A stretch of 41,164 nucleotides of DNA from a virus. Both the position numbers and the translations under genes were made by a program. The DNA is taken from the IMG/VR virus record IMGVR_UViG_3300030339_000011, positions 64,001-105,164 of that record. One strand, given 5' to 3'. Positions 1 to 13,377 of the stretch are shown piece by piece (the first letter of the stretch is position 1; every line of letters begins with the position of its first letter). Below the pieces are notes generated by a model. That model saw only the letters and a program-made list of their open reading frames with translations, searched no databases and had not been told where the DNA came from.

Positions 1-1440
1 ACAATAGGTAATCAATATTTAATAACAGATTATCAGACAGTATATGTAATTCCTAAAACAACTGAGTTAAGTTCAGGAACAACAGAACCTTTATTAGTTA
101 CAGCAAGTGGTATTAATTCATTAAAACCAGAAGCATATTCAGCATTATATCCTCAGGATATTATTTATTATAATTATACTAATAATCAAAGTATGGTATC
201 TGGTTGTACTAAAGGATATATTTATAGAAGGATAGACACAATTCAGGTTAATGACATACCTTTTGATTTTAGAAAGGTAAAGTTCAGAAGATTTCAATTG
301 AATGTTACTAACATTTGGAATAATAGTACGACATACAATAAGAATGATGTTGTTTTAAGTGGTGGAACAACTAAGATTTATATTTGTATGAATAATCTTG
401 TGACTGGAATTGATCCATCCATTGATTCAATTTGGAAATTATTTGAATGGGGTAATTTAAGTTACACAAGTCCATATAAAAATAGTTGGGCTTTGTTCAG
501 TGTTAATATTCCATGTTCGACTGGATATACAGATTATAATATGTTTTGGGATTATTCATCGAGTTTCAATATTTCAATTGAACAGTCATCAACAAATATA
601 ATATCAAACAATAATTCAGTCACACTTGGATCTGGTTTTTATAATAATACTATAGGAAACAATTTTTATGAGAACACAATAGGAAATAGTTTTAATACTA
701 ATACAATAGGAGATAGTTTTTATAATAATTCTATTTCATATGCATTTAATAAAAATAAATTAGGAAACAGTTTCGCTATTAATTCAATAGGAGGAAGTTT
801 TTCTGATAATACAATAGGAAATAGTTTTAATTTTAATGTAATAGGTGATAGTTTTACTTATAATTCAATTGAACGTAATTGTCAATTTAATTTTATAGGA
901 TATGGACTCACTAATAATATTATAGATATCAATTTTGGATATAATATAATAGGAAACGCTTTCACTTTAAATGTGGTAGGAGGAAATTTTGGTACTAACA
1001 CGATAGGAAACAATTCTTCTTTGAATGTAATAGGAGGAAATTTTGGTAATAATAAAATAGGAACTAATTTTGGATATAATTCAATAGGAAGTAATTTTGG
1101 TGCTAATACAATAGGAACTAATTTTATGTATAATACAATAAAAAGTGGATTTGGTACTAATATAATAGGAACTGATTTTGGACATAATTCAATATCAAAT
1201 TATTTTGGTATTAATACAGTAGGAAATTATTTTACAAATAATTCAATAATAGAGACATTTAGTGGTAATACAATAGGAAGTAATTTTGCTCACAATTTTA
1301 TTCAATGTGGTGTTACTGGAACAAATTTTTTATCATCTACTTATGTTTATAATTCATATACAAAAGAAATATTTAGTAATTCTTCATCACAGTTAAAGTT
1401 AATATATGATAAGACTGTTATTGTGAGTGCAAATGCTTAA
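1..1440 (+). CDS. Tail-fibre / receptor-binding-like protein of the nonapeptide-repeat family, 5'-partial (runs off window start)
   Basis: Frame 1 is open from nt 1. Upstream residues (..[34 protein letters not shown]..) and the PGC/GCxKGYIYRRIDT..NDIPFDFRKVKFRRFQ core align with ORFs 3977, 13378 and 30781. About 75 tandem 9-aa xIGxxFxxN repeats follow. Conserved C-terminal tail STYVYNSYTKE..KLIYDK..V..ANA. A hairpin terminator lies downstream. Confidence 0.8.
   Translation, partial: TIGNQYLITDYQTVYVIPKTTELSSGTTEPLLVTASGINSLKPEAYSALYPQDIIYYNYTNNQSMVSGCTKGYIYRRIDTIQVNDIPFDFRKVKFRRFQLNVTNIWNNSTTYNKNDVVLSGGTTKIYICMNNLVTGIDPSIDSIWKLFEWGNLSYTSPYKNSWALFSVNIPCSTGYTDYNMFWDYSSSFNISIEQSSTNIISNNNSVTLGSGFYNNTIGNNFYENTIGNSFNTNTIGDSFYNNSISYAFNKNKLGNSFAINSIGGSFSDNTIGNSFNFNVIGDSFTYNSIERNCQFNFIGYGLTNNIIDINFGYNIIGNAFTLNVVGGNFGTNTIGNNSSLNVIGGNFGNNKIGTNFGYNSIGSNFGANTIGTNFMYNTIKSGFGTNIIGTDFGHNSISNYFGINTVGNYFTNNSIIETFSGNTIGSNFAHNFIQCGVTGTNFLSSTYVYNSYTKEIFSNSSSQLKLIYDKTVIVSANA
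610..1310 (+). repeat. Degenerate 27-nt tandem repeat encoding ~25 copies of a 9-aa xIGxxFxxN unit
   Basis: Period-9 residue pattern in the translation (TIGNNFYEN, TIGNSFNTN, TIGDSFYNN, ...). It produces spurious I/N/K-rich antisense ORFs. Confidence 0.75.
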
Positions 1441-1454
1441 CTCATAAAATACCT

Positions 1455-1496
1455 AAAAAAACTCAGTTAAAATATTTTAACTGAGTTTTTTATTTT
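1455..1496. terminator. Intrinsic-terminator-like hairpin (AAAAAAACTCAGTTAAAATATTTTAACTGAGTTTTTT)
   Basis: Perfect inverted repeat with A-run before and T-run after. It sits immediately 3' of the fibre gene. The same stem sequence recurs at 3906, 5724 and 16052. Confidence 0.7.
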
Positions 1497-1513
1497 CAAT
1501 TGTTAATTTTATT

Positions 1514-1541
1514 TAATTTATATATAGAAATAAAAATATAA
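1514..1541 (+). promoter_or_regulatory. Repeated promoter-like motif TTAATTTATATATAGAAATAAAAATA just upstream of ATG
   Basis: Near-identical motif (TTAATATATA[C/G]AA[A/T]AAAAA) precedes the fibre genes at 3977, 13378, 30781, with relatives at 16160 and 18077. Resembles AT-rich phage late promoters (inference). Confidence 0.35.
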
Positions 1542-3503
1542 ATGGATGAAATAATATATTTAGCTAATCAAAACTGGGTAACTGATATAGTAGGAAATTT
1601 AACAGATGGTAACACAATTCAATATAACACTGAACAAGTTGTATCAGGTTCTATTATATTAGACAAGAATATTAAAGTATATGATATATCAACAGCGTCA
1701 GGATTAACAGTAACTGTAAATACAGGAAATGTTGATATGAGTAAATATGTTCAATTATATTTAAAAATTAAACTTAACGATTATGTGTCATTAAGTTTTC
1801 CAAATAATTTTTTATTTGACAATTTAGAATATCCAACAGAAGTAGGTGAATATATGTATACAATGTCATCATCAGATAATGGCATTACTTGGAGGCTAGG
1901 ACTTATTTATAAAAATATCGCTACTGTTGGAATTGATGAAAATGGATTTGAGATAATAGGTTCAGTTATAAGATATGTTGATGGAGATAATGGATTAGAT
2001 ACTAATGATGGATTATCATGGACAAATTCGTATAAGAATATTCAAACAGCTATTGATTTGTCAAATTCTGGTGATGCAATTTTTGTTAAAGGATCTGAAA
2101 GTGGAATTACTTATTTACCTACTACATTAAGAACAATTGGAGATGCCAGATCTGCATCATTTCTTCTTAAGACTGGAATAAATATATTCGGAGGATTTAT
2201 TGGTACTGAAAGTTCTCTATATGAGCGTGATATGGTATCTTACAAAGAAATATTAAGATTACCATCTGGAAATATAGATTTATTTGTTCCTGTACCAAAA
2301 AATAAAAGTATAATGTCTGGTAATTTATTAGGTTCTCAGATAACTTCTTCATATACTACTCTTTATTGTAGTTCAGGTATAAAATCAGTTGTAAACGGAT
2401 TTCAAATATCGGATTCTTTCAATGACTCAATACCATATTTATGTGCAGGAATTCATTCTTCAGGTACATTAATATTATCAAATTGTCAAATAATTAATAA
2501 TATTGAATCTTACGATTACTGGTATTCATCATGGAGTGGTGTTTATGGAGCAAATCTTAATAACTGCTTAGTATCTTTTAATTCATCAATTGGAAATATA
2601 AATGGTGGAGTAGGAGTTATAAATTCATCAATTAGTAATTCTATAATTTCAAGTAATGTTAATACTGGAACAGTTAATTCTGATATGGGAGACCGATATG
2701 GATATAGTGGATCAGCAGGAGCAATAAATTCATCACTAACGAACTGCTTTATAAGTAATAATTCTACAGTTGGAAGTGTTTCAGCAGGTTTTTTATCATC
2801 ATTTTCAAATTCTGATATAAATAAAAACATTAGCACTGCTGCTAAAGGAACAACACTTTTTATTTCGAATTTAGTAAATTGCTCTATTAACTCTAATGAA
2901 TCTCTTAACTATTTAAGTTACTCAGCAGGATCATATAATTCAAATTTGATCAGTTCAATTGTATATAATAATTATTCAAATGGTAATGTAGGAGGAGTAA
3001 GTGGTGGAACATTAATATCATGCTCAATTTTTAACAACTACGGAGCAAGTCTAGTTGGAGGAGCAGAATCTGCTAATCTTATAAATTGTTCAGTTGTCAG
3101 AAATTCAGGAGGTGGTACAAATAACTGTGTATTAAAGAATACTGTAGTTTGGGGAAATAAATCAATAGCTGGAACTCAAAATAATGTAGTTAATACAAAT
3201 TCAAGTATTGAAGAATATTCTGCATTTGAAAATGACGAACGACCAGGTATTGGAAATATATCAATTTCTACTAATAATAGTGGAGATACTAATAGTCCTT
3301 ATTTTGATATAATATCTTTAAATTCAGGAGTAGTAGATGATGTATTAGTTTGTAATCTTAATATTTCAGAACAATCTTTTTTAATAGACAACGGAATAAA
3401 TAGCGATAATACTTCTGGTTATGGATCTGTTTTTGATGTAAAATCAAATAATAGAATTAGTGGAACTACTATTGATATTGGAGCTTATGAATTTCAAAAA
3501 TAA
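1542..3503 (+). CDS. Right-handed beta-helix (pectate-lyase fold) tailspike/fibre protein with shared N-terminal adaptor peptide
   Basis: N-terminus MDEIIYLANQNWV matches the I-x-LAS-E/Q-EWV motif of four other fibre genes. RYVDGDNGLDTNDGLSWTNSYKNIQTAIDLSNSGDAIFVKG is the typical N-terminal cap of pectin-lyase-like beta-helix proteins. Repeated NC..S.I.N / GG.G motifs. C-terminus TIDIGAYEFQK is the DIGAYE ending common to parallel beta-helix proteins. Confidence 0.7.
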   Translation: MDEIIYLANQNWVTDIVGNLTDGNTIQYNTEQVVSGSIILDKNIKVYDISTASGLTVTVNTGNVDMSKYVQLYLKIKLNDYVSLSFPNNFLFDNLEYPTEVGEYMYTMSSSDNGITWRLGLIYKNIATVGIDENGFEIIGSVIRYVDGDNGLDTNDGLSWTNSYKNIQTAIDLSNSGDAIFVKGSESGITYLPTTLRTIGDARSASFLLKTGINIFGGFIGTESSLYERDMVSYKEILRLPSGNIDLFVPVPKNKSIMSGNLLGSQITSSYTTLYCSSGIKSVVNGFQISDSFNDSIPYLCAGIHSSGTLILSNCQIINNIESYDYWYSSWSGVYGANLNNCLVSFNSSIGNINGGVGVINSSISNSIISSNVNTGTVNSDMGDRYGYSGSAGAINSSLTNCFISNNSTVGSVSAGFLSSFSNSDINKNISTAAKGTTLFISNLVNCSINSNESLNYLSYSAGSYNSNLISSIVYNNYSNGNVGGVSGGTLISCSIFNNYGASLVGGAESANLINCSVVRNSGGGTNNCVLKNTVVWGNKSIAGTQNNVVNTNSSIEEYSAFENDERPGIGNISISTNNSGDTNSPYFDIISLNSGVVDDVLVCNLNISEQSFLIDNGINSDNTSGYGSVFDVKSNNRISGTTIDIGAYEFQK

Positions 3504-3512
3504 ATAATAATT

Positions 3513-3905
3513 ATGAATATATTTAAAAGAACGTATGTAAAAATGATAGATAAAGTTACTATCGAAAAAGCACCAAAAAGTAAAGATGGAATAGTTGGAT
3601 TTAATAACAATTCTGATTTATGTATTGAAAATGGTTACAAAGAATTGAGATTTTCATCTGGAAGTACTGGTTGGAAAATTTACACTGATATGGGTGATTA
3701 TATTCAAGAAGGATTATATGAATATGATTCTTTATCATATGAATCACAAGTATCAGGACTTATTAATTCTGAATATACATATGATCAGCAATTAGCAATT
3801 CAACGAAAAAAATTAGCTGGAATAGATGAAGCAATTTTTAATCAATTTAATGTATTTTGTGAGATATGTAAAAAAAGTATAAAACTTAAAATCATAGGAA
3901 ATTAA
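3513..3905 (+). CDS. Hypothetical protein, paralogue of ORF 17675 (shared IENGYKE motif); candidate fibre-associated/assembly factor
   Basis: 130-aa ORF 9 nt downstream of the beta-helix gene. SDLCIENGYKELRF matches TYSIENGYKEVIYV in ORF 17675, which likewise follows fibre-module genes. Terminator follows. Confidence 0.55.
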   Translation: MNIFKRTYVKMIDKVTIEKAPKSKDGIVGFNNNSDLCIENGYKELRFSSGSTGWKIYTDMGDYIQEGLYEYDSLSYESQVSGLINSEYTYDQQLAIQRKKLAGIDEAIFNQFNVFCEICKKSIKLKIIGN

Positions 3906-3940
3906 TAAAAAAACTCAGTTAATTTAACTGAGTTTTTTAT
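3906..3940 (+). terminator. Intrinsic-terminator-like hairpin (AAAAAACTCAGTTAATTTAACTGAGTTTTTT)
   Basis: Perfect palindrome plus T-run. Same stem as at 1455, 5724 and 16052. Confidence 0.7.
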
Positions 3941-3946
3941 TTATTG

Positions 3947-3976
3947 TTTTTTAATATATACAAATAAAAAAAATTA
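3947..3976 (+). promoter_or_regulatory. Promoter-like motif TTTTTTAATATATACAAATAAAAAAAATTA abutting the ATG
   Basis: Same motif as at 1514, 13344 and 30745. No Shine-Dalgarno sequence. Confidence 0.35.
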
Positions 3977-5722
3977 ATGGTAAATATACAGTTAGCGAGT
4001 GAAGAATGGGTTGAAGGAAGATTATCTGGAACAACAGGTGGATCAACAGGCACCTCTGGTACATCAGGTCAAAATGGGACTAGTGGAACAGCAGGTAAAT
4101 CTGGAACATCTGGACAGAATGGATCAACTGGAAACACAGGAAGTTCCGGTAATTCAGGAACGTCAGGAACTTCAGGACAGAATGGTTCAGTTGGATATGG
4201 AAGTTCTGGACAAAATGGTACATCAGGAACATCAGGTATTAGTATAAGTTCTAGTGGAGGTACAAATTCAGTTACAAATGTCACATATAGTGGATTAGTA
4301 ACATTAATTAATAATAGTGGATTAACTACTAATCAAGCATATTTAATTACTGATTATCAAACTATACATAGAATACCTGAAACAACTATTATAAATTCAG
4401 GAACAACAGAACCTTTATTAGTAACTGCAAGTAGTGTTAATACATTAAAGCCTGAGACGTATTCAAGATTATATCCGAATGATATAATATATTATGATTT
4501 CAATAATAATCAAAGTATGATGCCTGGATGTGCAAAAGGATATATTTATAGAAGAGTTGATACATTAAAAAATAATGATATTCCATTTGACTTCAGACAA
4601 GTAAAATTTAGAAGATGGCAATTGAATGTTACAAACATTTGGAATTCAGGATCAACATATATGAGAAGTGATGTTGTTTTAATCAGTGGGACAACACAAA
4701 TTTATATATGTTTAATTGATAATGTAATTGGTGTGAATCCATCAACACAAACAAATCAAATTATTTGGAAACGTTTTGAATGGGCTAATTTAAGTTATTC
4801 TAGTCCAAATATAACAAATTGGTATCTTTATTTTAGTATTCCAACATCCACTTTATATACTGATTATCTGATGTTTAATACATATGATAGTACAATTTAT
4901 TCTAATAGAATAAAACAAGATTACATTGGAGATGGAGATATACTTAATTGTAATAATACTGTATTTTTTGGAAATAATATTAACTGCAATACAATTGAAT
5001 CATATTTTAGTTATAATAGTATTGGAGCTAGTTTTTTTAATAATACAATAGGAGGAAATTTTGAACACAATAGTATCGGAGTTAATTTTACATTTAATAC
5101 AATTGAAAGTAATATTATGAATAATAGTATTGGAGCTAGTTTTTATAATAATACAATAAGAAGCATGTTTCAATATAATACTATTTCAGATGTGTTTTTT
5201 TATAATAGTATTGGAGAATATTTTATTCATAATTATATTGGTGAAGCGTTTTCTCGTAATACTATTGAATCATATTTTAGTTATAATAGTATTGGATATG
5301 CTGCTCTATGTAATACTATTGGAAATGGCTCGCAAAATAATAGGATTGGTTCTAATTTTCAAAATAATAATACAGGAAATTCTTTTGGTGGATATTTTAA
5401 TGGTAATATTATTGGGAATTATTTTCAATTTAATACTATTGGAAATGGATTTGACATCAATAACATTGGAAATGTTTTTAGCTATAATACTATTGGTAAC
5501 GCGTTTAATCGTAATGTAATTGGTAGCAATTTTAAGATGAATAATGTTTGTGATAATTTCAATATTGGTAATTATGATGTTGGTATTAACAATTATCATT
5601 TATCAGATTTTACAGCATCTACATATATTTATAATAGTTACACAAAAGATTTATATGTTGATTCATCTGTGATTCAAAAGTTAGCATACGATAGAAATAC
5701 TATTGTTAATGCAAATGCATAA
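3977..5722 (+). CDS. Tail-fibre-like protein: shared N-terminal adaptor, Gly-X-Y collagen-like linker, conserved core, 9-aa repeat solenoid, conserved C-terminal tail
   Basis: N-terminus MVNIQLASEEWV. About 20 G-X-Y triplets (GTSGTSGQNG..). Core YLITDYQTIH..EPLLVTAS..LYPNDIIYYDF..PGCAKGYIYRRVDT..DIPFDFRQVKFRRWQ. About 22 nonapeptide repeats. C-terminus STYIYNSYTKDL..KLAYDRNTIVNANA. Confidence 0.85.
   Translation: MVNIQLASEEWVEGRLSGTTGGSTGTSGTSGQNGTSGTAGKSGTSGQNGSTGNTGSSGNSGTSGTSGQNGSVGYGSSGQNGTSGTSGISISSSGGTNSVTNVTYSGLVTLINNSGLTTNQAYLITDYQTIHRIPETTIINSGTTEPLLVTASSVNTLKPETYSRLYPNDIIYYDFNNNQSMMPGCAKGYIYRRVDTLKNNDIPFDFRQVKFRRWQLNVTNIWNSGSTYMRSDVVLISGTTQIYICLIDNVIGVNPSTQTNQIIWKRFEWANLSYSSPNITNWYLYFSIPTSTLYTDYLMFNTYDSTIYSNRIKQDYIGDGDILNCNNTVFFGNNINCNTIESYFSYNSIGASFFNNTIGGNFEHNSIGVNFTFNTIESNIMNNSIGASFYNNTIRSMFQYNTISDVFFYNSIGEYFIHNYIGEAFSRNTIESYFSYNSIGYAALCNTIGNGSQNNRIGSNFQNNNTGNSFGGYFNGNIIGNYFQFNTIGNGFDINNIGNVFSYNTIGNAFNRNVIGSNFKMNNVCDNFNIGNYDVGINNYHLSDFTASTYIYNSYTKDLYVDSSVIQKLAYDRNTIVNANA
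4025..4240 (+). repeat. Gly-X-Y (collagen-like, proline-free) triplet-repeat coding segment
   Basis: Translation is [50 protein letters not shown].. Its reverse strand yields a spurious P-rich ORF (4069..4284). Confidence 0.75.
4920..5540 (+). repeat. 27-nt degenerate tandem repeat (~22 nonapeptide units)
   Basis: Period-9 IG..F..N pattern in the translation. Confidence 0.7.
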
Positions 5723-5723
5723 A

Positions 5724-5759
5724 ATAAAAAACTCAGTTAATTTAACTGAGTTTTTTTAT
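5724..5759. terminator. Bidirectional hairpin terminator between convergent genes
   Basis: AAAAAACTCAGTTAATTTAACTGAGTTTTTTT. A-run and T-run flank the stem, so it reads as a terminator on both strands. It sits between the + gene ending at 5722 and the - array ending at 5756. Confidence 0.7.
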
Positions 5760-6212
5760 TTCAATACTATTAATTTTTTATATGAACTTGGAAGTAGAGA
5801 TGACCAATCAGCTTCTCTAATTTCTAAATTTTTCTTACTTCTTATTAGTTCAGGATATCTAAATCCTTGTGAATTTTTTTTTGGTGAATACTTATTTAGT
5901 TGTTTATAATCATTTATAATTTCAGTTATAAATTTTTCAATTTGTATATAATTATTTATATAATTATTTTCAAAGAATTTCCAAACATATTCATAATGAA
6001 AGTAAATAATTTTATATTTAATATTTAAACTAAATAAGCATATTCCATTAACTTGATTTGGCGATGTTATTTTTATATTATATAACTTAAACAATTTAAG
6101 TTTTCTAATATATTGTTCGTCATAGAAATAAAAAACGTAATCATTCCATTCTTTATCTACTACTGGATAGCAATATAAAATTTTGCTAATCAACCAATTT
6201 GATAATTCTTCT

Positions 6213-6220
<8 letters not shown>
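5756..6220 (-). CDS. Member of the 13-gene tandem paralogue array (MSKEELSxW..CYP..FYDE..IRKLKL.K..N..G.CLF family), last in the operon
   Basis: 154 aa. N-terminus MSKEELSNWLISKILYCYPVV..FYFYDEQYIRKLKLFKL..GICLF. Its start overlaps the upstream neighbour by 8 nt. Confidence 0.75.
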
Positions 6221-8857
<2,637 letters not shown>

Positions 8858-8861
8858 ATTA

Positions 8862-9781
<920 letters not shown>

Positions 9782-10180
9782 TTATAATCTTGATTTTATA
9801 ATACTATTTTCATATATATTTTTAATCATACCAGGTAAAGGATTATAATCGAATAAAATTGGATGATCTTTTAGTAGTTTTTTTATTAGTTTTTGAATAT
9901 CATAGTAGTCATATGAATAGTTTTTTTCAAAGAACTTCCACAATTCTTCACTCAGCCATAAAATTCTAAATTTATTATCCTGATTAAATAAAAATGTTCC
10001 TTCAACATTATTAATTGAAATTAACTCTTCTGTATTATTTAATTTAAACAATTTAAGTTTTCTTATATATTTTTCGTCATAAACTAAGAATACACTATCT
10101 GGATATAATTCTACTTTAACTTGATAGCAGGAATTATATTTATTCCAGAACCAATCATATAAATCTTTTTTATACATCAT
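9782..10180 (-). CDS. Array paralogue (MMYKKDLYDWFWNKYNSCYQVK..LVYDEKYIRKLKLFKLNN)
   Basis: 132 aa. Confidence 0.7.
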   Translation of the reverse strand: MMYKKDLYDWFWNKYNSCYQVKVELYPDSVFLVYDEKYIRKLKLFKLNNTEELISINNVEGTFLFNQDNKFRILWLSEELWKFFEKNYSYDYYDIQKLIKKLLKDHPILFDYNPLPGMIKNIYENSIIKSRL

Positions 10181-10579
10181 TTAAATATAAACTTATTTTC
10201 TTGTAATTTTTCAATGATATATTAGCTGTTGATGAATTCATTGTTGGTAAATACATATTTAAATTAGTAATATTTTTTAGTATATCTTTCATGAATTTCT
10301 GATTATCATAGTAATCATCGGAATAGTATCTGAATAAAAAAGTCCAAATATCATCATTACAACGAAATTTTAATTTTTTAAAATCTTGTTGAAATATACA
10401 AGTTCCGTTAATTTCATTTGTAATTTTTATGTCTTGATTATTTATTTTGCCTAATTTAATTTTTCTAATGAATTGTTCATCATATATCCAAAAAATTATA
10501 CTTGGATAATCCTCATGTTTAACTTTATAGCATTTTTTTAATGTCTCCAATATAAAATCACTTAATTCTTCTTTTGTCA

Positions 10580-10580
<1 letters not shown>
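10170..10580 (-). CDS. Array paralogue ([57 protein letters not shown])
   Basis: 136 aa. Confidence 0.75.
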
Positions 10581-11354
<774 letters not shown>

Positions 11355-11487
11355 ATGATAATATTTAATTTACAAAGATACAAAAATAAATCTGATTAAT
11401 AAACTTTTTTATAATATAATCATACAATATTTTGAGCATAGTTCGTTTTCTGTGTTTAATTTTTAAATCATATTAAAAAATTAGTTG

Positions 11488-12008
<521 letters not shown>

Positions 12009-12062
12009 ATATTATTAACTAATAATTGAAAAACTTTTTTATAAACATCTCATATAATAAAT

Positions 12063-12278
12063 ATGACAAAAACAATTGAATTATTAGAGAAAGAGATTAA
12101 GTTATTAACTGAAGCCAGAGATGGAATTGGAAAAGCATTTAATGTTTTGAAAAGAGATAATATAGAAGATGATCATCTCAGAGAATTGTATAATGAATTT
12201 GATTATAAATTAAAAGATTATCAAAATTCAATTGATGATATTAAAGAGAACAATTTAAGATCTTGCGTATCTAATTAA
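12063..12278 (+). CDS. Hypothetical small coiled-coil protein
   Basis: 71-aa charged helical ORF. TATAAT-like box directly upstream of the ATG. Followed by a GC-rich structured 3' region and a hairpin. Confidence 0.5.
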   Translation: MTKTIELLEKEIKLLTEARDGIGKAFNVLKRDNIEDDHLRELYNEFDYKLKDYQNSIDDIKENNLRSCVSN

Positions 12279-12334
12279 AAATATTCACGGTTACATGAAA
12301 CCTCGATAATCATGTGACTTCCTCGCCAGGGACA

Positions 12335-12365
12335 AAAGCTATCATGTAAAAGTGATAGCTTTTTA
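12335..12365 (+). terminator. Hairpin plus T-run (AAAGCTATCA-8 nt-TGATAGCTTTTT)
   Basis: Perfect 9-10 bp inverted repeat at the end of the unusually GC-rich 12279-12334 segment. Confidence 0.5.
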
Positions 12366-12388
12366 GGCATTTATTAAAACTAAAAAAC

Positions 12389-12607
12389 ATGAAATTAAAA
12401 TTTGAAATTGATTTAGAAGACGTTGATCAGGTACTTAATTCAATTGATCCAAGACTTATTGAAAGGTATCTTCGCAATAAAAAATTAGAAAACTGTTTAA
12501 ATCCTACTGAACTACCTCCACTTGAATTAAACCCTATATTTTGTACAGATGATTATAATATAGATTTTCCTTTAAACTCATATCAAAACACATACGTTAA
12601 TATATAA
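12389..12607 (+). CDS. Hypothetical protein, paralogue of ORF 12612
   Basis: MKLKFEIDLEDVDQVLNSIDPRLIERYLRNKKLEN aligns with MNLNVNIDIDDILNSIDVKDLEQYIRRRKLEE of the next ORF. Confidence 0.6.
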   Translation: MKLKFEIDLEDVDQVLNSIDPRLIERYLRNKKLENCLNPTELPPLELNPIFCTDDYNIDFPLNSYQNTYVNI

Positions 12608-12611
12608 TAAA

Positions 12612-12872
12612 ATGAACTTAAATGTAAACATTGACATAGATGATATATTGAATTCAATTGATGTAAAGGATCTTGAACAATATATTCGTAGAAGAAAACT
12701 TGAAGAAATAAATAATTCAAATTCTGTTATTATTAATTCAGCATCTACAACTATACCACTTAATCTACCTAATAAAATTAAGTTAGATAATTTGGATTTT
12801 AATTTGGATTTATTTGATGATGAACCATGTGATGAATTTGATTTTGATGATGATGAAAGTTTTAAATTATAA
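12612..12872 (+). CDS. Hypothetical acidic protein, paralogue of ORF 12389
   Basis: Shared N-terminal motif with 12389. Acidic C-terminus (DDEPCDEFDFDDDE). The antisense ORF 12578..12922 is low-complexity and rejected. Confidence 0.6.
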   Translation: MNLNVNIDIDDILNSIDVKDLEQYIRRRKLEEINNSNSVIINSASTTIPLNLPNKIKLDNLDFNLDLFDDEPCDEFDFDDDESFKL

Positions 12873-12882
12873 TAATTATAAA

Positions 12883-12933
12883 ATGGTATGCAATAAATAC
12901 CTTTTATAGGGATATAATGCATACCATTTTTTT
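12883..12933. terminator. Hairpin (ATGGTATGCA-loop-TGCATACCAT) plus T-run between convergent genes
   Basis: 10-bp perfect inverted repeat followed by TTTTTTT, located between 12872 (+ gene end) and 12950 (- gene end). Confidence 0.55.
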
Positions 12934-12949
12934 GTAAAACAATTTAAAA

Positions 12950-13306
12950 TTATCCTAATGAATCTATACTAATTATAATATCTTTATAAGTGGTAACTAC
13001 AATTCTATATTGATCATATTCATAAGGTTTAAATTTCAATTCATCGTCCTTAGTACCTACAAATATATGATATTTTCTAGGAAGTATTATTTCTCCGCTA
13101 TCTTTCAACTCATCAGTACCGTTATCAAAATTTATAATGCTATTTACATTTAGATTAATTAAATAATTAAATTCATCTGTCTGTTTAATAGGAGCAACAT
13201 TGTTACCATACTGATTGACCCCTACTCTTGGGTTTTTATATATTCCATTCATATAAGTATATATATTTATACCATAAACTCCTTTTAAAAAATTGACAAT
13301 TATCAA
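12950..13306 (-). CDS. Hypothetical protein (lone minus-strand gene)
   Basis: 118-aa ORF that is not low-complexity, flanked by the hairpin at 12883. No recognisable motif. Confidence 0.5.
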   Translation of the reverse strand: MIIVNFLKGVYGINIYTYMNGIYKNPRVGVNQYGNNVAPIKQTDEFNYLINLNVNSIINFDNGTDELKDSGEIILPRKYHIFVGTKDDELKFKPYEYDQYRIVVTTYKDIIISIDSLG

Positions 13307-13343
13307 TAGTTAAATCTTCTTAAAAAATTATTTTTATTTCTAA

Positions 13344-13377
13344 TTTTTAATATATAGAATAAATAATTTTTTAATAT
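13344..13377 (+). promoter_or_regulatory. Promoter-like motif TTTTTAATATATAGAATAAATAATTTTTTAATAT abutting the ATG
   Basis: Same motif family as 1514, 3947 and 30745. Confidence 0.35.

Noticed and set aside
4025-4240. True collagen triple helix
   Set aside because: The Gly-X-Y periodicity is clear, but X and Y are almost exclusively Thr/Ser/Gln/Asn with no proline. So it is a collagen-like hinge at most, and is reported only as a repeat.
4069-4284. P/E/V-rich antisense ORFs (4069..4284, 30810..31025) and + strand ORF 3999..4247
   Set aside because: They are reverse-complement or frame-shifted readings of the Gly-X-Y coding tracts (GGN on one strand gives NCC, proline, on the other). They are artefacts of the repeat.
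12286-12334. GC-rich island as a tRNA or tmRNA
   Set aside because: No cloverleaf could be built by eye. There is no GTTCGA/T-loop consensus, no 7-bp acceptor pairing, and it is too short for tmRNA.
12578-12922. 114-aa minus-strand ORF overlapping 12612..12872
   Set aside because: It is a Ser/Lys low-complexity antisense product. The + strand ORFs 12389 and 12612 are mutual paralogues and are followed by a + strand terminator.
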